Source: Dongiaceae bacterium
GTDB lineage: Bacteria > Pseudomonadota > Alphaproteobacteria > Dongiales > Dongiaceae
Assembly (NCBI GenBank): GCA_046349435.1
Contig: JAXMCI010000027.1
Coordinates: 21,972-45,971, forward strand
DNA length: 24,000 nucleotides
Reading direction: 5' to 3'
The translations under genes were made by a program, and so were the position numbers. Positions within the stretch are counted from its first letter, which is position 1; every line of letters begins with the position of its first letter. The notes beneath the pieces are model-generated. The model was not told the origin of the DNA. It made no database searches and saw only the letters and a list, made by a program, of their open reading frames with translations. Positions 1 to 7,818 of the stretch are shown here, in pieces.

Positions 1-256
1 CGTCCGTCATGATCAGCAGGACGTTGGGCGCGCCCTTGGGCGGCACGATGCGGGCCGGCCAGTAGGGCTTCGACTGCAGCGCGTTCGGGTTGATGATCCC
101 GCCGAAGGGCTGCGGGGGCGGGGGCAGGTAGCGGCCGTCGATGGTCGTCGCGGCGTCCGGCGAGCCGGGCGTGCCGTAGAATTGCTGGGCGTCGGCCATC
201 CCGGCAGCGCCGATGACCCACAGGGCGGCCGCCGCCGCCACCGCTAACCGCTTCAT
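1..256 (-). CDS. arylsulfatase, N-terminal fragment (gene runs off the window start)
   Basis: Reading the minus strand from the ATG at 256-254 gives MKRLAVAAAAALWVIGAAGMADAQQFYGTPGSPDAATTIDGRYLPPPPQPFGGIINPNALQSKPYWPARIVPPKGAPNVLLIMTD. This is a signal peptide followed by the segment that precedes the sulfatase core (PNVLLIxTDD) in large arylsulfatases. A GAGGAGG RBS lies 7 nt upstream. The ORF is absent from the track because it is truncated by the window edge. Confidence 0.75.
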   Translation of the reverse strand, partial: MKRLAVAAAAALWVIGAAGMADAQQFYGTPGSPDAATTIDGRYLPPPPQPFGGIINPNALQSKPYWPARIVPPKGAPNVLLIMTD

Positions 257-311
257 CGATCGGCCTCCTCGTGCCTGGACGGGGGTACGGGACATTGGCG
301 GCCTGCGCCGC

Positions 312-1181
312 TCACTCCGGCAGAGCGCTGATGACGAACAGCGCCTTCATCAGCTCGCTCGGCTTGGCGCCCTTGCCGAAGGTCGTGGCGAAGATGGTGT
401 CGATCCGGTGCGAGCGGTAGAGCTCGCTGAGCGCCCAGTCGACGGCCAGCCGGAACGCGTCGTCGCCGTGCGGCAGGGCCAGCGCATAGGGCTCCAGGGT
501 CAGGTACTCGTCGGCCACCAGCAGCTTGCCCTGGGGCTGTCCGCGCAGCAGGTACTCCAGGATGGTGCGGTCGGCGAAGTAGGCCGAGACGGTGCCGTCC
601 TTGAGGGCCGCGATCCCGTCGGGATGGCTTTTCACGAGCACCACCTCGGCCTTCATGCCGCCGCCCTGCAGCGTGTTGCGCAGCGCCGTCTCGGTGGTGG
701 TGCCGCCCAGCACGCCGATCTTGTGCCCGGCCAGCCCGGCGAAAGTCCGCGGGCTGTCGTCCCGGATCATCAGCCCGGCGCCGCTGACGAAGGTCGGCAC
801 CGAGAAATCGACCAGCTTGCGGCGCGACAGGGTCTCGCTGGTCGCCTCGCAGAGCAGGTCGGCATGGCCGTCGCGGATCGCCTCGAAGCGGTCCGCGGCG
901 GTCACCTTGACGAAGCGGATCTCGAGCTTGGTCAGGCCCAGCTGGCGCTTGATGCCGGCCGCGACCTCGCGGCAGAGATCGACCGAATAGCCGACCGGAT
1001 CGGCGCCGCTGCCCTTGGCCGAGAAGGGCGGCGCATCGTCGCGCACGGCGAGGCGGATGGCGCCGTCGCTGCGGATCCTGTCGAGCGTCCCGGCCTGCGC
1101 GGCCGCCGCCCCGGCGACCAGCGCCAGCCCGGCGAGCGGGCCGAGGAGCCAGCGGAATGCAATGCTTCTCCGGTGTCGCAT
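312..1181 (-). CDS. periplasmic substrate-binding protein, amino-acid ABC transporter type (family 3 SBP), with no permease or ATPase nearby
   Basis: Track ORF 312..1232. I prefer the internal ATG at 1181 (MRHRRSIAFRWLLGPLAGLALVAGAAAAQA), which yields a clean signal peptide. The mature part (LDRIRSDGAIRLAVRDDAPPFS...GYSVDLCREVA...VTAADRFEAIRDGHADLLCEATS...FADR) follows the polar-amino-acid SBP pattern. Confidence 0.85.
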   Translation of the reverse strand: MRHRRSIAFRWLLGPLAGLALVAGAAAAQAGTLDRIRSDGAIRLAVRDDAPPFSAKGSGADPVGYSVDLCREVAAGIKRQLGLTKLEIRFVKVTAADRFEAIRDGHADLLCEATSETLSRRKLVDFSVPTFVSGAGLMIRDDSPRTFAGLAGHKIGVLGGTTTETALRNTLQGGGMKAEVVLVKSHPDGIAALKDGTVSAYFADRTILEYLLRGQPQGKLLVADEYLTLEPYALALPHGDDAFRLAVDWALSELYRSHRIDTIFATTFGKGAKPSELMKALFVISALPE

Positions 1182-1230
1182 GCAGATCTCCGTACCGCTT
1201 GGTGCAGCGTCGAGCAGGAACTTCCCGGGC

Positions 1231-1245
1231 AAGACTGAAAGTCTT
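1231..1245. promoter_or_regulatory. perfect palindrome AAGACT-GAA-AGTCTT in a divergent promoter region (possible operator)
   Basis: Read directly from the sequence. It sits in the AT-richer 1182-1406 intergenic region between divergent genes. It is 50 nt upstream of the 1181 start codon. Confidence 0.2.
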
Positions 1246-1406
1246 CCACGAAGTTCTCTAACCTCAAGTACCGTAAGGAAAAAACGGTGGACAACGCTGC
1301 AAGGTTATCCTAGACAGCGTAGCCCGCCCAGCTCTGCGATTGCTTGTCATATTGCGCCATGCAGATCGGCGGGGTCCGCCGCCCGGAACGAAAGGAGAAG
1401 GGGAAG

Positions 1407-2201
1407 ATGCGTATCGTCAGCCTGGCCGCCGCGGCCATGCTCTGCCTCGCGGCCGTAGCGGCGCGCGCCGGGGAAACGGCCGACAACGACTTCCATGTCG
1501 ACCTGACGAGCTATCTCTGGGCGACCTCGTTCAACGGCAACATCGGGGCGGGGCCGGTGTCGGCGCCGGTCAGCGCCGGCTTCATCGACATTCTCGACAA
1601 CTCCGATTCGCTGGTCGGCATCGAAGGCCGGCTGGGCGTGCGCAAGGGCCGGTTCGGCGCCTATGTCGACGGGCTGTGGAACCGCGTGGGCTTCGATACG
1701 GTCAACGGACCGTTCGGGTCGCGGATCGCTCCCACCATGACCCTGACCTACGTCGAGGGCGCGCTGTTCTACCGGCTGATCGACCTGCCGCCGGACCGCA
1801 GCCCCGACAAGCAGGATTTCTGGGGTTTCGGCGTCGCCGCCGACGCCTATGCCGGCGCCCGCTACACCGATCTCGGCCTCGAGCTCGACTTCAAGAGGAT
1901 CAACCAGACCGAGAGCTGGAACAAGAGCTGGGTCGATCCGATCGTCGGCGCCCGCGTCGACCTCGCCATCACCGACAACTGGCGCTTCCTGCTCGACAAC
2001 AACGTCGGCGGCTTCGGCGCCGGCTCGAAGTTCTCCTATTCCGGCATGGCGCTGGTCGGCTACCAGTTCACCGTCTGGGGGATGCCGTCCACCGTCTGGG
2101 CCGGCTACAAGGGCCTCTACCAGAACTACCAGGACGGCGACTTCAAGTGGGACATGTGGGTGCACGGGCCGATCGTCGGCTCCACCATCCGGTTTTTCTG
2201 A
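1407..2201 (+). CDS. outer-membrane beta-barrel protein, unknown function
   Basis: Track ORF 1344..2201. The ATG at 1407 is preceded by AAAGGAGAAGGGGAAG. The N-terminus has a signal peptide (MRIVSLAAAAMLCLAAVAARA). The body shows alternating aromatic/Gly beta-strand patterns (GGFGAGSKFSYSGMALVGYQF). The C-terminus is ...GSTIRFF, and a terminal Phe is typical of OMP barrels. Confidence 0.75.
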   Translation: MRIVSLAAAAMLCLAAVAARAGETADNDFHVDLTSYLWATSFNGNIGAGPVSAPVSAGFIDILDNSDSLVGIEGRLGVRKGRFGAYVDGLWNRVGFDTVNGPFGSRIAPTMTLTYVEGALFYRLIDLPPDRSPDKQDFWGFGVAADAYAGARYTDLGLELDFKRINQTESWNKSWVDPIVGARVDLAITDNWRFLLDNNVGGFGAGSKFSYSGMALVGYQFTVWGMPSTVWAGYKGLYQNYQDGDFKWDMWVHGPIVGSTIRFF

Positions 2202-2226
2202 GCGAGCGGGCAGGGAGGGGCGGTCG

Positions 2227-2751
2227 ATGCGACGACTGGCGATCATGGCGGCTGCCGTGCTGGCGCTCGCCGGCTGCAGCCCGACGGCGGGCACGACCTT
2301 CTACCGGGAGCAGATCGGGCAGCCGCTGGGGCTCGCCGACATCAGCTCCAACGGGACGATCGAGGTCGATCTCGGGGGCAATCCGTTCGACGTTCCGCCC
2401 GACGTCCTGGCCGGCGCGGTGGCCAATGCGATGAACCAGGCGGGCTACGCGCAGGCGGTCACCTTCAGCACGACGCCGCTCGGCTATCTCCACACCTTCT
2501 CGGTCCGCATCGTCCTCAATCCGCCGCCCGGCATGAACTATCTCGGCTTCTGCTCCGGCCCGCCGCCGACGCCGCAGCCGACGCCGGGCGCTCGGCCGAT
2601 CCACATGCTGGCCGCGGTCTGCCAGGAGGATAACTGGGTTTCCTACGTCGATCGCGTGCTGCCCGACGCCAGCGGTCCCGACGACCCGCGCTTCCTCGCC
2701 TTCATCCGCCAGGAGACGGTCAACCTGATCGCGCCGTTCGCCCGCCCGTAG
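2227..2751 (+). CDS. lipoprotein, unknown function
   Basis: The internal ATG at 2227 of track ORF 1849..2751 is preceded by GGGAGGGG. MRRLAIMAAAVLALAGC carries a lipobox (LAG-C). It starts 25 nt after the OMP gene, so the two are probably co-transcribed. Confidence 0.7.
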   Translation: MRRLAIMAAAVLALAGCSPTAGTTFYREQIGQPLGLADISSNGTIEVDLGGNPFDVPPDVLAGAVANAMNQAGYAQAVTFSTTPLGYLHTFSVRIVLNPPPGMNYLGFCSGPPPTPQPTPGARPIHMLAAVCQEDNWVSYVDRVLPDASGPDDPRFLAFIRQETVNLIAPFARP

Positions 2752-2777
2752 CGCAGGCTGCGCCGCGCCGTCCGCCG

Positions 2778-3551
2778 TCAGCTGCCCATGTGGGACAGCG
2801 CGGCGCGCAGCGGCAGATTGGAGATCCTGAGGATTCCGTTGAAGGGTGCGTTCAGCTCCAGGATCAGGAACACGGCGCCGGCGACCGAGACCGCCGCGGC
2901 GACCATCGCCGCCTTGACTGTGGCGTTTTGCGGCGACATCAGGCCGAAGCTGGCGAACAGGATCACCAGCCAGAGGATCAGCACGGCGAGGAACGGGGCC
3001 TGCAGCGTGTTGCCGGCCGCCTCCTCGAAGAGGAGCCAGCGGGTCTGTCCGATGGTGGTGAGCATCTGCAGCGCCTGGTCGCGCAGCGCCGCTTGCCGCG
3101 GCTCGAGGCCCGTGAGGTCGCTCAGGCTGTCATAGGCGGCCGTGGCGCGCGCCGTCGTGCTGCTGTCGTCGAGGTGCTGCCCGCCGTCGATCTTCTCCGA
3201 CCAGATCCGCTCGAGGGCCGCGGTGACCGCGATCTTGAGCATCCGGCGGGCCGGCTGCGCTGCCGGCCCGACCCGCGCGATGATGCGGTCGACCACCACG
3301 ATCTGGGCGGACATCTGCTCGAGCCCGGTGACCTGCTGCTGGTAGCTGGTGTGGGCCTGCCCGATCAGCAGCCCCAGCACCAGCGCCGACATGGTTCCGA
3401 CCAGGCCCATCGCCAGGTTGATGACCGTCTTGGAGTCGGCCGAGAGGTGGTCCTCGGGCAGGAACCGCCGGAGCCACATGCCGGCCGCGGCGCCGGCGAC
3501 GGCGAGCACCAGCACCAGCCCCGAGACGAGCAGCGAGCCGAGCCCGTTCAT
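2778..3551 (-). CDS. DUF4239-like integral membrane protein
   Basis: Internal ATG at 3551 of track ORF 2778..3827. The product MNGLGSLLVSGLVLVLAVAGAAAGMWLRRFLPEDHL... has two N-terminal TM helices, a helical soluble middle and two C-terminal TM helices, and ends LILELNAPFNGILRISNLPLRAAL. I recall this as the DUF4239 architecture. The part of the ORF upstream of 3551 is R/S/T-rich shadow sequence. Confidence 0.7.
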   Translation of the reverse strand: MNGLGSLLVSGLVLVLAVAGAAAGMWLRRFLPEDHLSADSKTVINLAMGLVGTMSALVLGLLIGQAHTSYQQQVTGLEQMSAQIVVVDRIIARVGPAAQPARRMLKIAVTAALERIWSEKIDGGQHLDDSSTTARATAAYDSLSDLTGLEPRQAALRDQALQMLTTIGQTRWLLFEEAAGNTLQAPFLAVLILWLVILFASFGLMSPQNATVKAAMVAAAVSVAGAVFLILELNAPFNGILRISNLPLRAALSHMGS

Positions 3552-3585
3552 CGACGTCGTCGCCGCAGCGTTGCGCCGCCGGCGG

Positions 3586-4062
3586 TCACTCGCCGACGTA
3601 GTTCCAGTAGGCGTCGACCCAGTTGCGCGCGATCGCCTGCTGCGCCGCCGCCAGCGTGATCCGGCCGCTGCACACCATCTCCAGAAGCTTCTGCTCCAGG
3701 CGGTACTTGACGCGGGGATTGTAGGGCTCCGCGTCGGTCGCCATCGGCCAGAGGTTGGTGATCGCGCTGGAGCCGCCGAGCGTCGGCGGAATGAGGTAGT
3801 TGAGCATGTAGCTGCCCGGCTGGGCACCGTCCATGCCGTAGGCCTGCAGCACCAGGACCTGCGTCCGCACGCTGGGCGGCGGCGGGTTGGGCTGGTAGCC
3901 GGGGACGCAGAGCTGCTCGCGTGTCGCCCCGGTGACGTCGCCCGGCGTGGCCTGCGGATTGGGCAGGTCGCGTGGGCCCGCCGGCTGCTGCGCCAGCAGC
4001 GGCCCCGGGGCGAACGCGGCCAGCAGCAGCGGCAGCACGGCGGCGAGGCGAAGTGGTCTCAA
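3586..4062 (-). CDS. secreted HNH-fold-like protein with substituted catalytic residues
   Basis: This is the C-terminal 158 codons of track ORF 3586..5328. A TTG start at 4062 is preceded by AGGGGAG and lies 17 nt after the pqiA stop. The product MRPLRLAAVLPLLLAAFAPGPLLAQQ has a signal peptide. The mature part, C-VPGY...YMLNYLIPPTLGGSSAITNLWP...KYRLEQKLLEMVCSGRITLAAAQQAIARNW, matches the periplasmic family C-xPGY...Y-x-x-DHLIPLxLGG...NLWP...KDxLE...VCxG...AQ...W. Here DH has become NY. Confidence 0.6.
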   Translation of the reverse strand: MRPLRLAAVLPLLLAAFAPGPLLAQQPAGPRDLPNPQATPGDVTGATREQLCVPGYQPNPPPPSVRTQVLVLQAYGMDGAQPGSYMLNYLIPPTLGGSSAITNLWPMATDAEPYNPRVKYRLEQKLLEMVCSGRITLAAAQQAIARNWVDAYWNYVGE

Positions 4063-4079
4063 GGGCCAGTCTCCCCTGG

Positions 4080-5408
4080 TCAGGCCGCCGGCAGCGCGGC
4101 GGCGTTGCGGGAGGGCGCAGGGCTGCGCCGCTCGGCCGAATCCCACATCAGGCGCGGGTCGAAGGTTTCGGCGGCCAGCATGGTCAGGATCACCACGGCG
4201 CAGAAGGCGTCGGCGCCGATGCCGGGCTCGATGGTGATGGCGTTGCCGAACTTCACCAGCGCGCCGAGCAGCGCCTCCATGAAGATGTCGATCATCGACC
4301 ATCGGCCGATCCAGCGCACGATGTGGTAGAGCTTGGTCCGGTCGCGCAGCCAGCCGGTGCGCCCGGTCTGGATGCTGACCAGCATGGTGGTGAGGCCGAT
4401 CAGCTTCATCATCGGCACGGCGATGCTGGCGAAGAAGACGAGCGCCGCCAGCGGATACATCTTCGAGGCGACCAGCTCCTCGACGCCGCCCAGGATCGTG
4501 CTCGGCGCTCCGGCGCCGAGCTGCATGACGGTCAGCACCGGGAAGTAGTTGGCCGGGATGTACATGACCGCGGCGGCGATCACCAGGGCCCAGGTCCGGG
4601 CGACGCTGTTCGGCTTGCGCCGGTGCACGTGCGTGCCGCAGCGGGGGCAGTGCCCCTCCTCGCTCGGCACCGCCACGAAGCCGCAGATCTCGCAGCCCAT
4701 CACCTCGTCGTACCTGGCGGGCAGCGGCGCCCGGGGAGCGCCGGCGCCGCGCCCGGCCAGCCGTTCCCAGACCTCTTCCCGGTCGAGCGCGGAATCGGCC
4801 CAGATGATCGCGAAGGTGAGCGCCAGCAGGGCGAAGACGCCGTGCTGGAGGGTGATCGTCACCAGGTCGCCGAGCTTCACATAGGCGACGAATACGCCGA
4901 AGACGAAGACCTCGATCATCGTCCAGGGGCGCAGCCACTCGGCGATCGCGAAAACCCGCCGCAAATGGGCCGGCGGCCGGGCCTCGCGCAGCCGGATCAG
5001 CACGTAGAGCGTGCCGGAGAGCTTGATGAACGGCGCGATCACGGTGACGAACACCACGACCAGCCCGAGCTCGGGCATGTGCCGCGCGCCGAGCTCGATC
5101 GGGCCGGAGAAGATGTTGGCGGTGATCCTGAGGCCCGCGGTCGACACGCCCATCAGCACGGTCGAGCAGGTGATGATCAGCAGGATCAGCGCCGCGAACG
5201 TGAGCGCGATGCTGTGGTCGAGGGGGTAGCTGGCGGTCTTGTGCAGCGTCGTCGGGCAGCGTGCGCACCGGGCGGTCATGCCGCGCGCCATCGGCGGGAC
5301 GGTCTGCAGCAGGCCGCAGCCCGGGCATTCCCGGAGCTGGCTGGGGGAGAGCTCGGCCTCGGCCTCGGCCCTGGCCTTCCGCCGCCCGGCCATCAGACCG
5401 GCGGCCAT
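4080..5408 (-). CDS. pqiA: paraquat-inducible protein A (PqiA), two-module inner-membrane protein
   Basis: Track ORF 4080..5759. I chose the start at ATG 5408 (MAAGLMAGRRKA) because it shares one nt with the upstream stop (TGATG). There are two repeated modules. Each has a Zn-ribbon (CPGCG...CARCP and CEICG...CPRCG) followed by TM helices and the PqiA-like W-[RS]-M-I-[DE]-[IV]-F motif (RPWTMIEVFVFG and GRWSMIDIFMEA). Confidence 0.9.
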   Translation of the reverse strand: MAAGLMAGRRKARAEAEAELSPSQLRECPGCGLLQTVPPMARGMTARCARCPTTLHKTASYPLDHSIALTFAALILLIITCSTVLMGVSTAGLRITANIFSGPIELGARHMPELGLVVVFVTVIAPFIKLSGTLYVLIRLREARPPAHLRRVFAIAEWLRPWTMIEVFVFGVFVAYVKLGDLVTITLQHGVFALLALTFAIIWADSALDREEVWERLAGRGAGAPRAPLPARYDEVMGCEICGFVAVPSEEGHCPRCGTHVHRRKPNSVARTWALVIAAAVMYIPANYFPVLTVMQLGAGAPSTILGGVEELVASKMYPLAALVFFASIAVPMMKLIGLTTMLVSIQTGRTGWLRDRTKLYHIVRWIGRWSMIDIFMEALLGALVKFGNAITIEPGIGADAFCAVVILTMLAAETFDPRLMWDSAERRSPAPSRNAAALPAA

Positions 5409-5998
5409 CAGGCCGGAGGTCCCGCCGCCACCATCTCGGCGATGCCGTCGGCGAGCTTGCCGAGCGCGACGCTGATGGCCGCGACCTCGCCGGCGGTGGT
5501 CGGATTGGACGGGGGCACGGCGAAGCGGAAGGATTGCAGCCGCGGCTCGCCGCGGCCCGAGAAGCCCGCGCTCACCTGCGCCTGCAGGATCAGCTGGCCG
5601 GCGCCGTCGAGATCGAGCCGCTGCACGTTGACCGCGACGGTGGCGTCCGCCTTGGCCATGACCACGCCGCCCTCGCTGATCACCGTGCTGCCGGGCAGGC
5701 GCTGGCCGAGCTCGGCCGCCAGCACCCGGCCGATCATCGCGGCCAGCGGCTCGCCCCACCAGTCGTTCGCCATCACGTCGAGCTTGTAGTTCTCGGACGA
5801 GCGGACGATCTGGGTGCGCTCGAGATAGCGCTCGATGCCGACCTGCTGCAGCACGATGACCCTGGGGCCGATGTTGCGCTGCGGCCCGGCGACCGGGGCC
5901 AGGGTGTACAGCACCGGGTTGGGCGAGCCGGAGCAGGCGGCCAGCCCGAGCATCAGGGCGAGGCCGGCGATCAGGCTGCGACGGGACGGGCGGGTCAT
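5408..5998 (-). CDS. pqiC: PqiC-family (ABC-type transport auxiliary, DUF330-like) lipoprotein
   Basis: MTRPSRRSLIAGLALMLGLAAC has a lipobox. It continues YTLAP...VIVLQQVGIERYLERTQIVRSSENYKLDVMANDWWGEPL. Size and pattern match the PqiC/YmbA-type lipoprotein. Its ATG overlaps the pqiB stop (ATGA at 5995-5998). Confidence 0.8.
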   Translation of the reverse strand: MTRPSRRSLIAGLALMLGLAACSGSPNPVLYTLAPVAGPQRNIGPRVIVLQQVGIERYLERTQIVRSSENYKLDVMANDWWGEPLAAMIGRVLAAELGQRLPGSTVISEGGVVMAKADATVAVNVQRLDLDGAGQLILQAQVSAGFSGRGEPRLQSFRFAVPPSNPTTAGEVAAISVALGKLADGIAEMVAAGPPA

Positions 5999-7692
5999 TC
6001 GATTTCTCCGGTCGGCCGGCCCTTGATCAGCGCTTCCGGATGGCGCGCCAGGAGGTCGGCGAGCGAGCGGATCGAGCGCAGCGCGTCATTCGCCTGCACC
6101 AGCAGGCGGTCGAGGTCGCGGTTGAACTGGGTGTTGTCGCCGTAGCCGTCGTCGATCGACAGCGCCAGCTTGTTGATGCTGATCAGCGCCTTGTCGAGCT
6201 GGGCGACGACCGCCGGCAACTGCTTGAGGGTCGGCCCGATCCCGGCATTGACGTTGATCATCAGCTCCTTGGCGCTCTTCAGCGCGCCCGAGAGGTCGGC
6301 CATCGCCTGCTTCACCTCCGGCCCGCCGACGAGCTCGTTGGTCGAGCGCAGGATGCCGTTCAGGTTGTTGCCGATCTCGGTGAAGGGGATCGTATTGACC
6401 TTGTCGAGCAGGGTCGTCGCCGACGCTGCCAGGCTGGCGAAGCCGCCGCCCTCGCTGGTCGGCAGGACGATGTCGGATCCTTCCATGGTCACGGTGTCGG
6501 TCGGCTCGCTGGTGACGAACTCGAGCGACACCATCTGGCTGCCGGTGATCAGGCTGGAGCTTTCCAGGCTGGCATGCAGCCCGCGCTTGAGCAGCGCCGC
6601 AGCCGCCTCGGCCGGCGACTTGAAGATCGCCTTGGCGCCGATCCCCAGCACCCGCTCCGGCTCGATCTCGAAGCGCACCGGCGCGACGATCGCGTTCTTG
6701 GTCCGGTCGTAGGCGAGCCGGACGTCGAGCACGTGCCCGACGACCAGCCCGTGCATGGTGACCTCGGAGCCGGCGGCGAGCCCGCGGACCGAGCCGGGGA
6801 AGTACGACACCGCCGTGATCTTGCGCCGGTAGGAGGCGTTGATCGCCGCGTCGCGGCTCTCGAACAGCGGGAAGACGTGCTGCTCAAGGCTGGCCTCTGG
6901 CGCGGCGGACTGGGCCGGGGTGTCGAAGGCGATGCCGCCCAGCAGCAGGGCGCGCAGCGATTCCATCTCCACCTTGATGCCGCTGGCGCCGAAGTTCACC
7001 GAAAGTCCGGAGGCGTCCCAGAAGCGGCTCTCGTCGTGCACGTAGCCGTCATAGGGCGCCCGGACGAAGGCGCGGATCGTCACGTACTCCGCCATGTCGG
7101 CGATGTCCCAGCCGAGCACCTCGCCGACCGTCAGGTCGCGGAAGAAGATCGGCGAGCCGAGGGAGATCGAGCCGAGCCGCTTGGCCTTCAGCAGGAAGGT
7201 GTGGCCCGGGACGTCGGCCTCCAGCACCGGCGGGTCCTGCCGGCCGGCGAAGCTGGTTGCCGGCTTGCCGGGCTTGGTCGCCGGCAGCATGCCGATGTAG
7301 GAGCCGGAGAGCAGGGTGTCGAGGCCGGAGATGTTGCCGGCGAAGAGGCGCGGCTTCACCACCCAGAAGACGGTGGTGTCGGTGAGCAGCGGCGCGGCCT
7401 CGCGGCTGGTCGCCACGGTGACGACGACGCGGCGGTTGTCGGGGGTGAGCGCGATGCCCTGCACCGTCCCGAACACGATGTCCTTGAACTTCAGCTGCGA
7501 CTGGCCGGGCTGCAGGCCTTCGGCGGTGTCGAACGAGATGGTGATGGTCGGCCCGCGCTTCGAATAGGTGTCGTAGGCGAGCCAGGCGCCGATGGCGATC
7601 GCGGCGATCGGGATGATCCAGATGATCGGCAGGCGCCGCGAGCGCTTGGTCGTAGCGCGGGGCGGCACCGGCCCATCTGCCAACTGGCTCAT
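5995..7692 (-). CDS. pqiB: PqiB / multi-MCE-domain intermembrane transport protein
   Basis: 565 aa. It has an N-terminal TM anchor (RRLPIIWIIPIAAIAIGAWLAY). Three repeated MCE-like segments are visible (GLQPGQSQLKFKDIVFGTV, LGSPIFFRDLTVGEV, AGSEVTMHGLVVGHV). The C-terminal tail is helical. Confidence 0.9.
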   Translation of the reverse strand: MSQLADGPVPPRATTKRSRRLPIIWIIPIAAIAIGAWLAYDTYSKRGPTITISFDTAEGLQPGQSQLKFKDIVFGTVQGIALTPDNRRVVVTVATSREAAPLLTDTTVFWVVKPRLFAGNISGLDTLLSGSYIGMLPATKPGKPATSFAGRQDPPVLEADVPGHTFLLKAKRLGSISLGSPIFFRDLTVGEVLGWDIADMAEYVTIRAFVRAPYDGYVHDESRFWDASGLSVNFGASGIKVEMESLRALLLGGIAFDTPAQSAAPEASLEQHVFPLFESRDAAINASYRRKITAVSYFPGSVRGLAAGSEVTMHGLVVGHVLDVRLAYDRTKNAIVAPVRFEIEPERVLGIGAKAIFKSPAEAAAALLKRGLHASLESSSLITGSQMVSLEFVTSEPTDTVTMEGSDIVLPTSEGGGFASLAASATTLLDKVNTIPFTEIGNNLNGILRSTNELVGGPEVKQAMADLSGALKSAKELMINVNAGIGPTLKQLPAVVAQLDKALISINKLALSIDDGYGDNTQFNRDLDRLLVQANDALRSIRSLADLLARHPEALIKGRPTGEIE

Positions 7693-7736
7693 CGCCGGCG
7701 ACCCTTGAGAACGATAATCATGACGCTGCGACTATA

Positions 7737-7789
7737 GCCCATCCCGGCGCCCTCGAAACTGGGCAGTGGAGGGGAACGCCGGGATGGGC
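7737..7789. repeat. 13-bp perfect inverted repeat (GCCCATCCCGGCG / CGCCGGGATGGGC) forming a long hairpin between two minus-strand operons
   Basis: The arms are at 7737-7749 and 7777-7789. The 27-nt loop can extend the stem through CCCTC/GAGGG. It lies 30 nt after the stop at 7819 and 45 nt before the pqiB ATG. No U-tract follows on either strand. Confidence 0.4.
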
Positions 7790-7818
7790 GCGGTGCGGAA
7801 GGGATCCGGCAAGAAAAT

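Noticed and set aside
2752-2777. Possible bidirectional terminators at the convergent gene ends 2752-2777, 11959-11973 and 16431-16455.
   Set aside because: Only 4-5 bp GC stems with tiny loops can be drawn (for example CGCAG-GCGCG-CTGCG at 16433-16447) and there is no U-tract. That is too weak to call from sequence alone.
3586-5328. A single 580-aa minus-strand ORF spanning the pqiA region.
   Set aside because: Only the last 158 codons look like protein (signal peptide plus HNH-like blocks). The upstream ~420 codons are an off-frame reading of pqiA (R/P/A/D-rich). A TTG with an AGGGGAG RBS just after the pqiA stop explains the real gene.
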